NCBI GenBank assembly: GCA_037442925.1
Contig: JBBIPG010000033.1
Span: forward strand, 1-25,372
Reading direction: 5' to 3'
Length of the DNA stretch: 25,372 nucleotides
DNA from: Candidatus Fraserbacteria bacterium
GTDB lineage: Bacteria > Bipolaricaulota > Bipolaricaulia > RBG-16-55-9
Made by a program: the position numbers and the translations under genes. Below are positions 1-7,954 of the stretch, piece by piece. The notes under the pieces were generated by a model, which saw only the letters and a program-made list of their open reading frames with translations, did not search any database and had not been told where the DNA came from. Position 1 is the first letter of the stretch, and the number at the start of each line of letters is the position of its first letter.

Positions 1-2
1 AC

Positions 3-995
3 CAAGTCGTACAGATTTCACCGTCTGCTACGTCTCCGGCCATCACCAACCTGCAGGACAACGACTTCCTGTTTAGAACCGCACCACCGGACACCCTGCA
101 GGGCATCGTCCTAGCGGCTCTCGCACGCGTGCAAGGCTATAGTAGTATTGCGATTATCGCCAGGAATGATGCTTATGGTGCAGGTCTGGCCGACTCGCTG
201 CAGACGAACTTTCAAGCGCTCGGTGGCACGGTGACAGCATTGGAACTATATGCCACCGATACTACGAACTTCTCTGCCCAGATCGCTTCGGCCAGCGCAG
301 GAAACCCAGACGCCATCTCGCTGATCACCTTCGACGAGGGTGAGCAGCTGATTACACAGATGGTGCAGGCAGGTGTGACGAACTTCGACCTCTTTGTCGA
401 CGGCAACAAAAACCAAGACTTGATCAACCGCTTGGTTGCTTCCATCGGCACAGGACCTCTTGAGGGCAAGGTGGGTACAGCTCCAGCATTGGCTCCGGGA
501 GCCGGTGGAGACGCCTATGCCGCGGAGTATCGTAAGCGGTTGAATGAGGATCCGTTCGTCTTCACACCGCACTCCTTCGATGCGCTTGCTTTGCTCGCTC
601 TGGCGATCGAGAAGGCTGGTGTATACGACGGCACGGCGATTCGCGACAACATCCGCAGCGTGGCTAACCCAGAAGGAACGGTCTACACGGTGGGCCAGCT
701 GGGTCAAGCATTGGCTGACATCAGGGCAGGCAAGGACGTCAACTACGAGGGCGCGTCAGGCTCCGTCGATCTCGATGCCGCTGGTGAGCCAGTAGGACCT
801 GTTGGCACGTGGAAGATCGTAAGCGGCCAGATCCAAGAAAGTATCGTTGCCGGTATCACACTCGCGGATATTGATGGCGACGGAGAAACGGAGGTCATAG
901 TCGACGCCGACGACCTTAATGGAAATGGAAACGTAGATACAGTCAACGTCGACGTCGATAGAGACGGCGATGTGGATGTGGTCATCCTGCAGTAA
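3..995 (+). CDS. Branched-chain/neutral amino acid ABC transporter substrate-binding protein (LivJ/LivK/NatB-like), 5'-truncated by window edge, with an acidic C-terminal Dx[DN]xDG-repeat tail
   Basis: The frame is open from nt 3 (QVVQISPSATSPAITNLQDNDFLFRTAPPDTLQG...), upstream of the ORF-track start at 129. ISPSATSP, FRTAPPD, NDAYGAGL and YEGASGSVDLD are typical type-I periplasmic binding protein motifs. Adjacent to liv permeases and ATPases. Confidence 0.9.
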   Translation, partial: QVVQISPSATSPAITNLQDNDFLFRTAPPDTLQGIVLAALARVQGYSSIAIIARNDAYGAGLADSLQTNFQALGGTVTALELYATDTTNFSAQIASASAGNPDAISLITFDEGEQLITQMVQAGVTNFDLFVDGNKNQDLINRLVASIGTGPLEGKVGTAPALAPGAGGDAYAAEYRKRLNEDPFVFTPHSFDALALLALAIEKAGVYDGTAIRDNIRSVANPEGTVYTVGQLGQALADIRAGKDVNYEGASGSVDLDAAGEPVGPVGTWKIVSGQIQESIVAGITLADIDGDGETEVIVDADDLNGNGNVDTVNVDVDRDGDVDVVILQ

Positions 996-1047
996 TGCCC
1001 GTCCGTTGTTGGCGCCACTTTGGTGGGACAGACCATAAGACATACGA

Positions 1048-1098
1048 TGAGAGCAGGAGGAGAAGATGAAATCCCTCCTGCTCTCACTTTTTTGTTTT
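1048..1098 (+). terminator. Rho-independent terminator after the binding-protein gene (hairpin lies between convergent genes)
   Basis: Perfect 13-bp stem TGAGAGCAGGAGG (1048-1060) / CCTCCTGCTCTCA (1074-1086) followed by CTTTTTTGTTTT. Confidence 0.85.
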
Positions 1099-1107
1099 GG
1101 CTGTAGA

Positions 1108-2508
1108 CTACTTCGTCTCAATCATCGTGGAGGTCAGCCGCTCCTCACCCAAGATCCCTCTTGGACGATAGAGTAGGATGAGCTCCAGGACGATCACAAT
1201 GGCTATAATCCGAATGGGCCCAAAGAGCTGGGCAGCCACATTGAGTTTGCCCAGAGGCGTATCCAGAGTGGCCGGGAGCACGTCGTTCAGATTCTGAGGG
1301 GTATTCCAGACGAACCACATGATGAAGGCACCAAGGATAGCTCCGCGGTTATTGCCCGTGCCGCCGACGATCAGCATGACCCAGACCAAGAATGTGCGTT
1401 CGACAGCATCGAAAATCTGCGGGTCCACAAAACGGAAGAAGTGCGTTGTGAGGCTTCCTGCTGCGGCCATGATCACAGCGCCGATGATGAGCGACTGCAT
1501 CTTGAAGCGAAATACGTTTTTGCCGAGGGAGCTTGCCGCGTCCTCATCTTCGCGCACGGCGCGAAGGACCCTCCCCCAAGGAGAGCGTGAGATCCGTTCC
1601 AGAGCCAGAAAACCCACAATCAATACGGCGATGACAATGAGCGCGTAGAACCAGCTGTATTGAGCGGGGTTGAGAAACTGAGGGATCTCGACCCCCAAGA
1701 GAGGCAACTGGCAGAGGGGGTTCGCGGGGTTCTGTCGGACCAGACAATCGAAGAGGGGCTGTGGAATGTTGGGAATACCCCGCGTGCCCTCGGTGATGGT
1801 GCGCTCGTTCGTAGAGAAGATTCGCAACGTCTCCGCTATCCCGATGGTCGCTATGGCCAAATAGTCTATCCGTAAACGCAGAGTTGCGAAACCCACAATC
1901 ACAGCCAAGACGGCGGAAGCAGCCATGGCCGCCAGCAGACCGATGAGAAAGGGCTGGTTGAAGTAATGACCGAAAAAGCCCTCCAAACCGGACCCCACGG
2001 CCAAGTTCTGCGGATCTTGTACGACAATCGCGGAGACGTAGGCCCCTACACCAAAGAAACCGGCCACTCCGATGTTGAATAGCCCCGTGTACCCCCATTG
2101 AACGTTGAGTCCCAGCGACGCCAATGCAAAAATGCTCGAAAGCAGCACGTACGTCACCCAGCTGGAGATCATATCGCCTGCAACGCCCTGGAAAGCAGAC
2201 AAGAGGAAGAGAGTCACCTGTGCCGCGAGCCCCCCTCCCAGAGCAGCCCAACGAGCGCTCCGCGTACGTTCCGTAAAGAGAAAGTACAAGCCCACCAGCG
2301 TAACGATCTGAATTCGCAACGACATGAACTGCTTCCATTGTCCCATTCCCGCATAACTGGCCACGAGATGGAGGAGAACCCATGCCAGTAGAATCCCTCC
2401 AACGATGAACCAGCGGACGCGAGGCTTGCTCAGGATCAACAGGAGGACGACCCCCGACAACGTGGTGGCCATCGTGGTCAGATTCAATAATAGAGCGTAA
2501 TCAAGCAT
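1108..2508 (-). CDS. livM: Branched-chain amino acid ABC transporter permease LivM, with extra N-terminal TM helices
   Basis: LGLNVQWGYTGLFNIG, LRLRIDYLAIATIG, SPWGRVLRAVREDEDAA and VMLIVGGTGN motifs; multiple hydrophobic segments. Confidence 0.9.
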   Translation of the reverse strand: MLDYALLLNLTTMATTLSGVVLLLILSKPRVRWFIVGGILLAWVLLHLVASYAGMGQWKQFMSLRIQIVTLVGLYFLFTERTRSARWAALGGGLAAQVTLFLLSAFQGVAGDMISSWVTYVLLSSIFALASLGLNVQWGYTGLFNIGVAGFFGVGAYVSAIVVQDPQNLAVGSGLEGFFGHYFNQPFLIGLLAAMAASAVLAVIVGFATLRLRIDYLAIATIGIAETLRIFSTNERTITEGTRGIPNIPQPLFDCLVRQNPANPLCQLPLLGVEIPQFLNPAQYSWFYALIVIAVLIVGFLALERISRSPWGRVLRAVREDEDAASSLGKNVFRFKMQSLIIGAVIMAAAGSLTTHFFRFVDPQIFDAVERTFLVWVMLIVGGTGNNRGAILGAFIMWFVWNTPQNLNDVLPATLDTPLGKLNVAAQLFGPIRIIAIVIVLELILLYRPRGILGEERLTSTMIETK

Positions 2509-2509
2509 T

Positions 2510-3628
2510 TCAGCTTCGCCTCTCCGCTTCGCCCAGCAACCCTTGCGGTCGAACCAGGAGCATCAGAATCATCAGAATAAACGCCATAGCTGGCTGATAT
2601 GCCGTGGGAATAGAGGGGATCGCCGGAGCCACTAAAATGTTTTGCGCCAGCCCGATCATCAGCCCTCCCAGCATCGCACCGTACGGGCTTCCGATGCCTC
2701 CCAAAATCACTGCCGCAAAAAGCGAGAGCAACACGAGTGATCCCGTGTTAGGGTTGAATCCGCCAAAGTTCATGCCGATGAAGACCCCCGCCACCACGGC
2801 CATCCCTGCACCAATGGCCCACGTCCACGCGATCATGCGCTCGGTGTTGATCCCACTGACGCGCGCCAGATCCATATTGTCTGACATGGCCCTCATCGCC
2901 TTGCCGGTCTTGGTGTACTTCAAAAAGAAATGGAGCAGAATCACCAGCACAAAAGCGACAACCAACGTAACCAGTTGGACGTTCGTCATTGTGATTGCTG
3001 TAAAGCCAGAGAAGTCTGTGGTCCCCGCGAAATTGACTACATTCTGCCGAGAACCGATGACGAAATCGAACTTCCCATCTCGGTTGAGGTCCCCAAACGC
3101 AAAGAACGTAGGTGGCCGAACGATCAGAGCGTACGTGCGATTGGCCGTACCCCAGAGGGCTTGAACCAGACTGCGCAAGAACAAGGCCATGCCAAAGGAA
3201 GCAATGATGAGCACGACGGCAGCGCTACGGCGCATACGCCGGTAGATCAGGCGGTCGATCGAATACGCCATCGCCATCGCGGCGATGATCCCCGTAAGTA
3301 ACGCGAACGAGATGGCCAACCAACGTACGAACTCCTCTTGAGAAGCCAACGCCGGGAGCCACTTGGGCAGAAGCTGAAAGAGCATCCAGTCCACCGTCAA
3401 TGCCACATAGGCTCCAAAGATGAGAAGGTCGCCATGCGAGAAATTCGCAAAATTGAGGATCTTGTAGGTGAGCGAGAGCCCGATCGCTCCCAGCATGAGA
3501 ATGCCGCCGAAGCGAAGGCCGTTGACGACATACTGCGGCCCGTTGGGGACGAAGAATAGAGTCCGGACGACTCCCAAGACCAGAAGACCCCAGATAGCCC
3601 ATTTGACGAGGTCGGCTTTGGGTCGCAC
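2510..3628 (-). CDS. livH: Branched-chain amino acid ABC transporter permease LivH
   Basis: GAIGLSLTYKILNFANFSHGD, TKTGKAMRAMSDNMDLARVSGIN, FAAVILGGIGSPYGA and LLVRPQGLLG motifs. Confidence 0.92.
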   Translation of the reverse strand: MRPKADLVKWAIWGLLVLGVVRTLFFVPNGPQYVVNGLRFGGILMLGAIGLSLTYKILNFANFSHGDLLIFGAYVALTVDWMLFQLLPKWLPALASQEEFVRWLAISFALLTGIIAAMAMAYSIDRLIYRRMRRSAAVVLIIASFGMALFLRSLVQALWGTANRTYALIVRPPTFFAFGDLNRDGKFDFVIGSRQNVVNFAGTTDFSGFTAITMTNVQLVTLVVAFVLVILLHFFLKYTKTGKAMRAMSDNMDLARVSGINTERMIAWTWAIGAGMAVVAGVFIGMNFGGFNPNTGSLVLLSLFAAVILGGIGSPYGAMLGGLMIGLAQNILVAPAIPSIPTAYQPAMAFILMILMLLVRPQGLLGEAERRS

Positions 3629-3632
3629 GCTG

Positions 3633-4337
3633 CTATCCCCCTAGGTAGAGCCGCGCGACCTCAGGATCGCTCAGAAGATCAATGCCCGTGCCTTCAAAGC
3701 GATTGCGGCCGGTGGCCAATACGTAGCCACGGTTGGATAATCTGAGCGCATGCTTGGCATTCTGCTCTACCATGAGAATCGACACGCCCGTCTTGTTGAT
3801 GTCCACGATCTTCTCAAAGATCAACTCGACGAGCTTCGGTGCCAGCCCTGCAGAGGGTTCATCCAGCAATAACACTTTGGGGTCCAGCATGAGTGCCCGA
3901 CTCATGGCCAGCATCTGGCGTTGCCCGCCGCTTAACGAACCAGCCTTCTTATTCTGGAACGCTCGCAAATCCGGGAAGATCTGGAAGATCTCATCCATAC
4001 GCGAGCTGATGTCATCCGTGCGAATGAAGGCCCCCATTTCCAGGTTTTCTCTTACAGTGAGACTCGGAAAGACGTTCTCCGTCTGGGGTACATAGCATAT
4101 TCCCAGGCGCACGATTTGATCAGGAGGCCAGCCGCTGATGTCTTTCCCATCGAGTTTGATAGTCCCTGAACGTGGGCGTAGCAGCCCAAAGATCGTCTTC
4201 ATGAGTGTTGACTTTCCGGCACCATTGGGGCCGATGAGCGCGACAATCTCCCCCTCATCGAGGCGTATGGAGACCTCGTGCAAGATGTCCGCCTCACCGT
4301 ACCCGGCAAAGACATTGTCAACCTTCAGTAGCGACAT
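3633..4337 (-). CDS. livF: ABC transporter ATP-binding protein LivF (start probably ATG 4337, MSLLKVDN; ORF track starts at 4367)
   Basis: Walker A GPNGAGKST, signature LSGGQRQ, Walker B LLLDEPS, LivF-type VEQN and C-terminal YLGG; GGAGGG SD-like sequence upstream of 4337. Confidence 0.92.
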   Translation of the reverse strand: MSLLKVDNVFAGYGEADILHEVSIRLDEGEIVALIGPNGAGKSTLMKTIFGLLRPRSGTIKLDGKDISGWPPDQIVRLGICYVPQTENVFPSLTVRENLEMGAFIRTDDISSRMDEIFQIFPDLRAFQNKKAGSLSGGQRQMLAMSRALMLDPKVLLLDEPSAGLAPKLVELIFEKIVDINKTGVSILMVEQNAKHALRLSNRGYVLATGRNRFEGTGIDLLSDPEVARLYLGG

Positions 4338-5154
4338 ACTGCCCTCCGAGATAGGCATCGAGCACACGCTGATCCCGACGCACTTCGTCTGGTGTGCCTT
4401 CCATGAGTTTGCGGCCCTCGCTCATGACGATCACCGGCGTGCACAAGTTCATCACCAGATCCATATCGTGCTCGATCAAGAGGAAGGTGACTCCTCCCTC
4501 GTAGCAGAGTTTTTCAATATACCCAATCAGCTGTTTCATCAACGTGGGATTCACCCCAGCACCCGGCTCATCGAGCAAGATCATCTGCGGGTCCGCCATC
4601 ATAGCGCGCGCCAGCTCCAAGAGCTTCTTCTGTCCACCGGAGAGGTTTCGGGCGTACTCGTCTTTGAGGTGAATGAGGTTCACGAACTCGAGAACTTGGA
4701 CGGCTTTTTCGTATATCTCGCGCTCTTGTCGGCGCACCACACCGGGGCGAAACCAGGGATAGAACAACTTCTCTCCGTTTTGCCGACTCGGCACAAGCAT
4801 GAGGTTTTCCAACACGGTCATTTCTTTGAACTCGCGCGGGATCTGGAATGTGCGACAGAGCCCTTTGTGGAAGACTCGATGAGGGGGCAAGCTCGTGATA
4901 TCTTCCCCTTGAAAGGTCACACGGCCAGCGTCCGGCTTATGAAAGCCGGTGATGAGATTAAACAACGTCGTCTTGCCGGCGCCGTTGGGGCCGATCAGGC
5001 CCGTGATCGTGCCCCGGCGGACGCCCAGCGAGCACCGATCGACAGCTCGTAGGCCCCCGAAATCTTTTGTGAGCTCGTGAACACTCAGGAGGGGAGATTG
5101 TCCTTCATCACGTGAGATAGTCTTTTCTGCTGAATTTACTCGGTGTTGTTCCAT
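4318..5154 (-). CDS. livG: ABC transporter ATP-binding protein LivG
   Basis: FGGLRAVD, GPNGAGKTT, RTFQ, LSGGQKK, LLDEPGAG, IEHDM and C-terminal AYLG, all LivG-type. Confidence 0.92.
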   Translation of the reverse strand: MEQHRVNSAEKTISRDEGQSPLLSVHELTKDFGGLRAVDRCSLGVRRGTITGLIGPNGAGKTTLFNLITGFHKPDAGRVTFQGEDITSLPPHRVFHKGLCRTFQIPREFKEMTVLENLMLVPSRQNGEKLFYPWFRPGVVRRQEREIYEKAVQVLEFVNLIHLKDEYARNLSGGQKKLLELARAMMADPQMILLDEPGAGVNPTLMKQLIGYIEKLCYEGGVTFLLIEHDMDLVMNLCTPVIVMSEGRKLMEGTPDEVRRDQRVLDAYLGGQYVATEG

Positions 5155-5194
5155 GCACGTTTACCCAGCCTGCGTCAAACTGTGGTTGCTTTTC

Positions 5195-5213
5195 TGTAAG
5201 CCCGCTCACAATT
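5195..5213. promoter_or_regulatory. Putative operator in livG leader (CRP-like / lacO-like dyad)
   Basis: TGTAAGCCCGCTCACA (5195-5210) matches TGTGA-N6-TCACA at 9/10 and is a near-palindrome; it lies just downstream of the predicted promoter. Confidence 0.4.
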
Positions 5214-5230
5214 ACATGGCTATTGAGGGA

Positions 5231-5259
5231 ATTATAGCCTGAAGAGCATGGAGAGGCAA
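5231..5259 (-). promoter_or_regulatory. Sigma70-type promoter for livGFHM
   Basis: Minus strand TTGCCT (5259-5254), 17-nt spacer, TATAAT (5236-5231). Confidence 0.7.
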
Positions 5260-5264
5260 AGATT

Positions 5265-7820
5265 TCAGAAGGGAGGACGGCCCTCCCCCACGGTCTCAAA
5301 GGGGTGCAGATCATGGAAGCTCGCGTAGATCTTGTGAAACATGAGCGTGAATGAATCTGTCGGGCCGTTGCGTTGCTTGCCGATGATGATCTCGGTCTCT
5401 ACGGCCATTTTGTTCTTCTCGTCTGTGAGGTTGGCTGCGTCTTCCTCGGCTTTGGGCTCCTCGTCGTAGTAGTCTTTGCGAAAGAGAAAGAGCACGACAT
5501 CGGCCGTCTGCTCGATCTCACCAGAATTGTGAACGACCATGCCATTGGCGACGAAGTTATGGGCACCCTCTACCACAAGATCCCAGACGGGCTCTTCTCC
5601 CTCAGGCACAATGGAGACTACCCGTTCCCAAAGGATATCGCTTTCAGCCCAACTTCGGAGTTCTGGGTCACCGAGCCGCTGCGCGACCTCTTGAGCGCGG
5701 CTACGGGAGATGCGCTTCCCTACAGCGCGATAGCCCATCGCGAGTTGGCGAGCCCGCTCCGTCTTTTTGCCGTGCCAAGGGATAAGTCTGGCGAATCTCG
5801 CGAGATTGTCCTCGCTTCTCGACAAGTAGACCGCATAAATCGGGCACGTGGCCTTTGCACTCTGATAGCCAGCGGCCAGGGCTGACACGATACCAAGCCT
5901 GGTCAAGAGGTATTGAATCTGTCGTGCCAACTTCAAGCTCGTTGTCGTCAATTGGACGTCCCAATAGCCTCCTGCTCTGCGAACGAGAGTGCCATCGATA
6001 GCGAACAGACCGCTCAGATACTCGCAGATTCCCTGGTTATCGGCTGTGAGAATCCAATCGGGCACGCTCTTTTGGTCATATCGTTGTCCGAAGAGCCCCA
6101 GCTCCCGTAACCAGTTTCTCAGTGAGTTTCCGTACGGACGCCCGTAGCCGTTGGCATTCTTTTTGACAAAGGTCACTTGCTGACTGCTGAAGCGTGGTCG
6201 CTTGGAGACCGTGACCTCAAAGTGCTTCATTACAATCTCCATGACGTCTTGGATCAGTGCCGGATCGCTGTTGATGAAGCCGACTTCTCGATGGCGCAAA
6301 TATGTGCCATCTCCGGTCAAGTAGCCCAGGAGACGGCAAAGTTCAGGATCGCGATGCTCTCCCGGTAGGCGGACTGATCGGGAAGTGGCAATCAAGCTTC
6401 CCGGAGTCAAATCTTGCAAGGGTTGCCAGCCATGCTCTGTCAAGAAGGGATGAGCAGCCGTTGCTCGAATCTCGCGCCCTGTTTGCGTCTGCAGGCGATA
6501 GACCTGATTTACTCCCTTGGGAATGACGTCGAGGACCCGCGCCGGTTGCAACCGTTGACCTTCGCCCAGTGCCATGACACTCATCCCAGGCCGGATCTGG
6601 TGAACTTCTAGCAGATTTCCGCTTCGCCCATCAATCACTTGGGTATCTCCGGTCACGCATTCGCGTAAATCAGAGAGCCTGGGACGCTTGGAATCCCGGC
6701 GCTCCACAGCACGCGAGAGTTGCGAGCAGGCCACGACCGGGATCTGCAACTCACGGGCGAGGCTCTTAAGCGAGCGCGCAATATAAGAGATCTCCTGCTC
6801 GCGCACCTCGACTCTTGCGCCTCCCTCTACCAGCTGCAAATAGTCCACAACGAGGAGGTCTAGCCCATGTTCCGCTTTCATCCGCCGCGCCTTGGCCTTA
6901 AGCTCCATCACCGAGATCGCTGGGGTATCGTCAATGAGGATCTTCGCCTTCTGAAGGTGATTGGCTGCCATCATGAGCCGGCGCCACGCTTCGCTGTCGG
7001 CCCCCAAATAGCCGCTCCGTAGCCTCAAGAGATTGATGCCCGCCTCGGCGCACAGCAGCCGCTCGATGAGCTGTTCTTTGGTCATCTCCAGGCTGAAGAT
7101 CCCGACGGACTTGTTCTCGTGTAAGGCGACGTTGCGGGCGATCGAGAGGACGAAACTGGACTTGCCCATCGCCGGCCGTCCTGCAACCACGATGAGATCC
7201 GCCGGATGAAAGCCTGCCGTGCGCCGGTCGAGATCCCGAAATCCCGTGGAGAGACCCGTCACCGAGCTGTGCCCGGTCTCCTGAAGTTTCTCCAGCAGAT
7301 CCAAATGATCATGGAGGATCTCGCCCACTGCCTGATAGCTCTCCTTGAGCGTCTGACGCGAGACCTGAAAGACTTTCTCCTCTGCAGCGTCCAGTAACTT
7401 GTCTAGTTCTTGGTCTTCTTGATAGCCCAGTTCTGCGATCTCCTGGCCTACTCGAGTGAGCTCTCGCAGCAGTGCCTTCTTCACGATAATATCGGCATAG
7501 TAGCCCACGGAGGTGGTCGTGGTCACCGAAGCGAGTAACTCGCTTAAGTAAGCCCTACCGCCCACGTCGGCCAACGCCCCCTTCTCCTCCAGGCGATTGC
7601 CGAGCGTAATGAGATCAATGGGCTGCCCCTGATCGTAGAGCTCCACCAGTGTCTGATAGATCGTCCTATGGGCACGAAAATAGAATTGCTGAGCTTTCAG
7701 TTTCTCCGTGAGTAAGGGCAACACGGTCTCAGCTTCCACGATGGCACAGCCTAATACGACTTGCTCTGCCTCGCGGTTCTTGGGTAGAGAGCGGGCTTCC
7801 TCAGGCACGTGGATCACCAT
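5265..7820 (-). CDS. dnaB: Replicative DNA helicase DnaB, intein-containing precursor (851 aa; exteins total 473 aa)
   Basis: P.N.EAEQ.VLG N-terminus, TGF.DLD, Walker A AGRPAMGKS, FSLEM, VDYLQL, SQLSRAVE, P.LSDLRE|SGEIEQTAD and IIGKQRNGP motifs. Confidence 0.97.
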   Translation of the reverse strand: MVIHVPEEARSLPKNREAEQVVLGCAIVEAETVLPLLTEKLKAQQFYFRAHRTIYQTLVELYDQGQPIDLITLGNRLEEKGALADVGGRAYLSELLASVTTTTSVGYYADIIVKKALLRELTRVGQEIAELGYQEDQELDKLLDAAEEKVFQVSRQTLKESYQAVGEILHDHLDLLEKLQETGHSSVTGLSTGFRDLDRRTAGFHPADLIVVAGRPAMGKSSFVLSIARNVALHENKSVGIFSLEMTKEQLIERLLCAEAGINLLRLRSGYLGADSEAWRRLMMAANHLQKAKILIDDTPAISVMELKAKARRMKAEHGLDLLVVDYLQLVEGGARVEVREQEISYIARSLKSLARELQIPVVACSQLSRAVERRDSKRPRLSDLRECVTGDTQVIDGRSGNLLEVHQIRPGMSVMALGEGQRLQPARVLDVIPKGVNQVYRLQTQTGREIRATAAHPFLTEHGWQPLQDLTPGSLIATSRSVRLPGEHRDPELCRLLGYLTGDGTYLRHREVGFINSDPALIQDVMEIVMKHFEVTVSKRPRFSSQQVTFVKKNANGYGRPYGNSLRNWLRELGLFGQRYDQKSVPDWILTADNQGICEYLSGLFAIDGTLVRRAGGYWDVQLTTTSLKLARQIQYLLTRLGIVSALAAGYQSAKATCPIYAVYLSRSEDNLARFARLIPWHGKKTERARQLAMGYRAVGKRISRSRAQEVAQRLGDPELRSWAESDILWERVVSIVPEGEEPVWDLVVEGAHNFVANGMVVHNSGEIEQTADVVLFLFRKDYYDEEPKAEEDAANLTDEKNKMAVETEIIIGKQRNGPTDSFTLMFHKIYASFHDLHPFETVGEGRPPF
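5526..6659 (-). mobile_element. Intein with LAGLIDADG homing endonuclease (aa 388-765 of DnaB, 378 aa)
   Basis: Begins CVTGDT (block A); block B IRATAAHPF; LAGLIDADG blocks LLGYLTGDG and YLSGLFAIDG; block H TTSLKLARQIQYLL.RLGI; block F VWDLVV..AHNFVANG; ends VHN followed by Ser+1. Confidence 0.95.
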
Positions 7821-7823
7821 CGA

Positions 7824-7852
7824 ATTATAGCCTTTGTCCCCTGAGGAGTAAA
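7824..7852 (-). promoter_or_regulatory. Sigma70-type promoter directly abutting dnaB start (probable leaderless transcript)
   Basis: Minus strand TTTACT (7852-7847), 17 nt, TATAAT (7829-7824), then TCG ATG GTG. Confidence 0.65.
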
Positions 7853-7954
7853 GCGACCACCATCACCCTGAGAGACTCAGCTGGCCCCATTCGTTCCCGC
7901 TGGAAAATGGGATGATTTTTGCTACATTGGTGGGGATCACTTCGGAGGTGTCTT

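Noticed and set aside
1544..2383. 279-aa alternative-frame ORF inside livM
   Set aside because: Arg/Ser/Gly-rich off-frame translation fully nested in a real gene.
4138..5052. 304-aa + strand ORF (and similar long antisense ORFs 2604-3164, 16999-17712, 19421-20191, 20966-21550)
   Set aside because: Shadow frames of well-conserved opposite-strand genes; no recognisable motifs.
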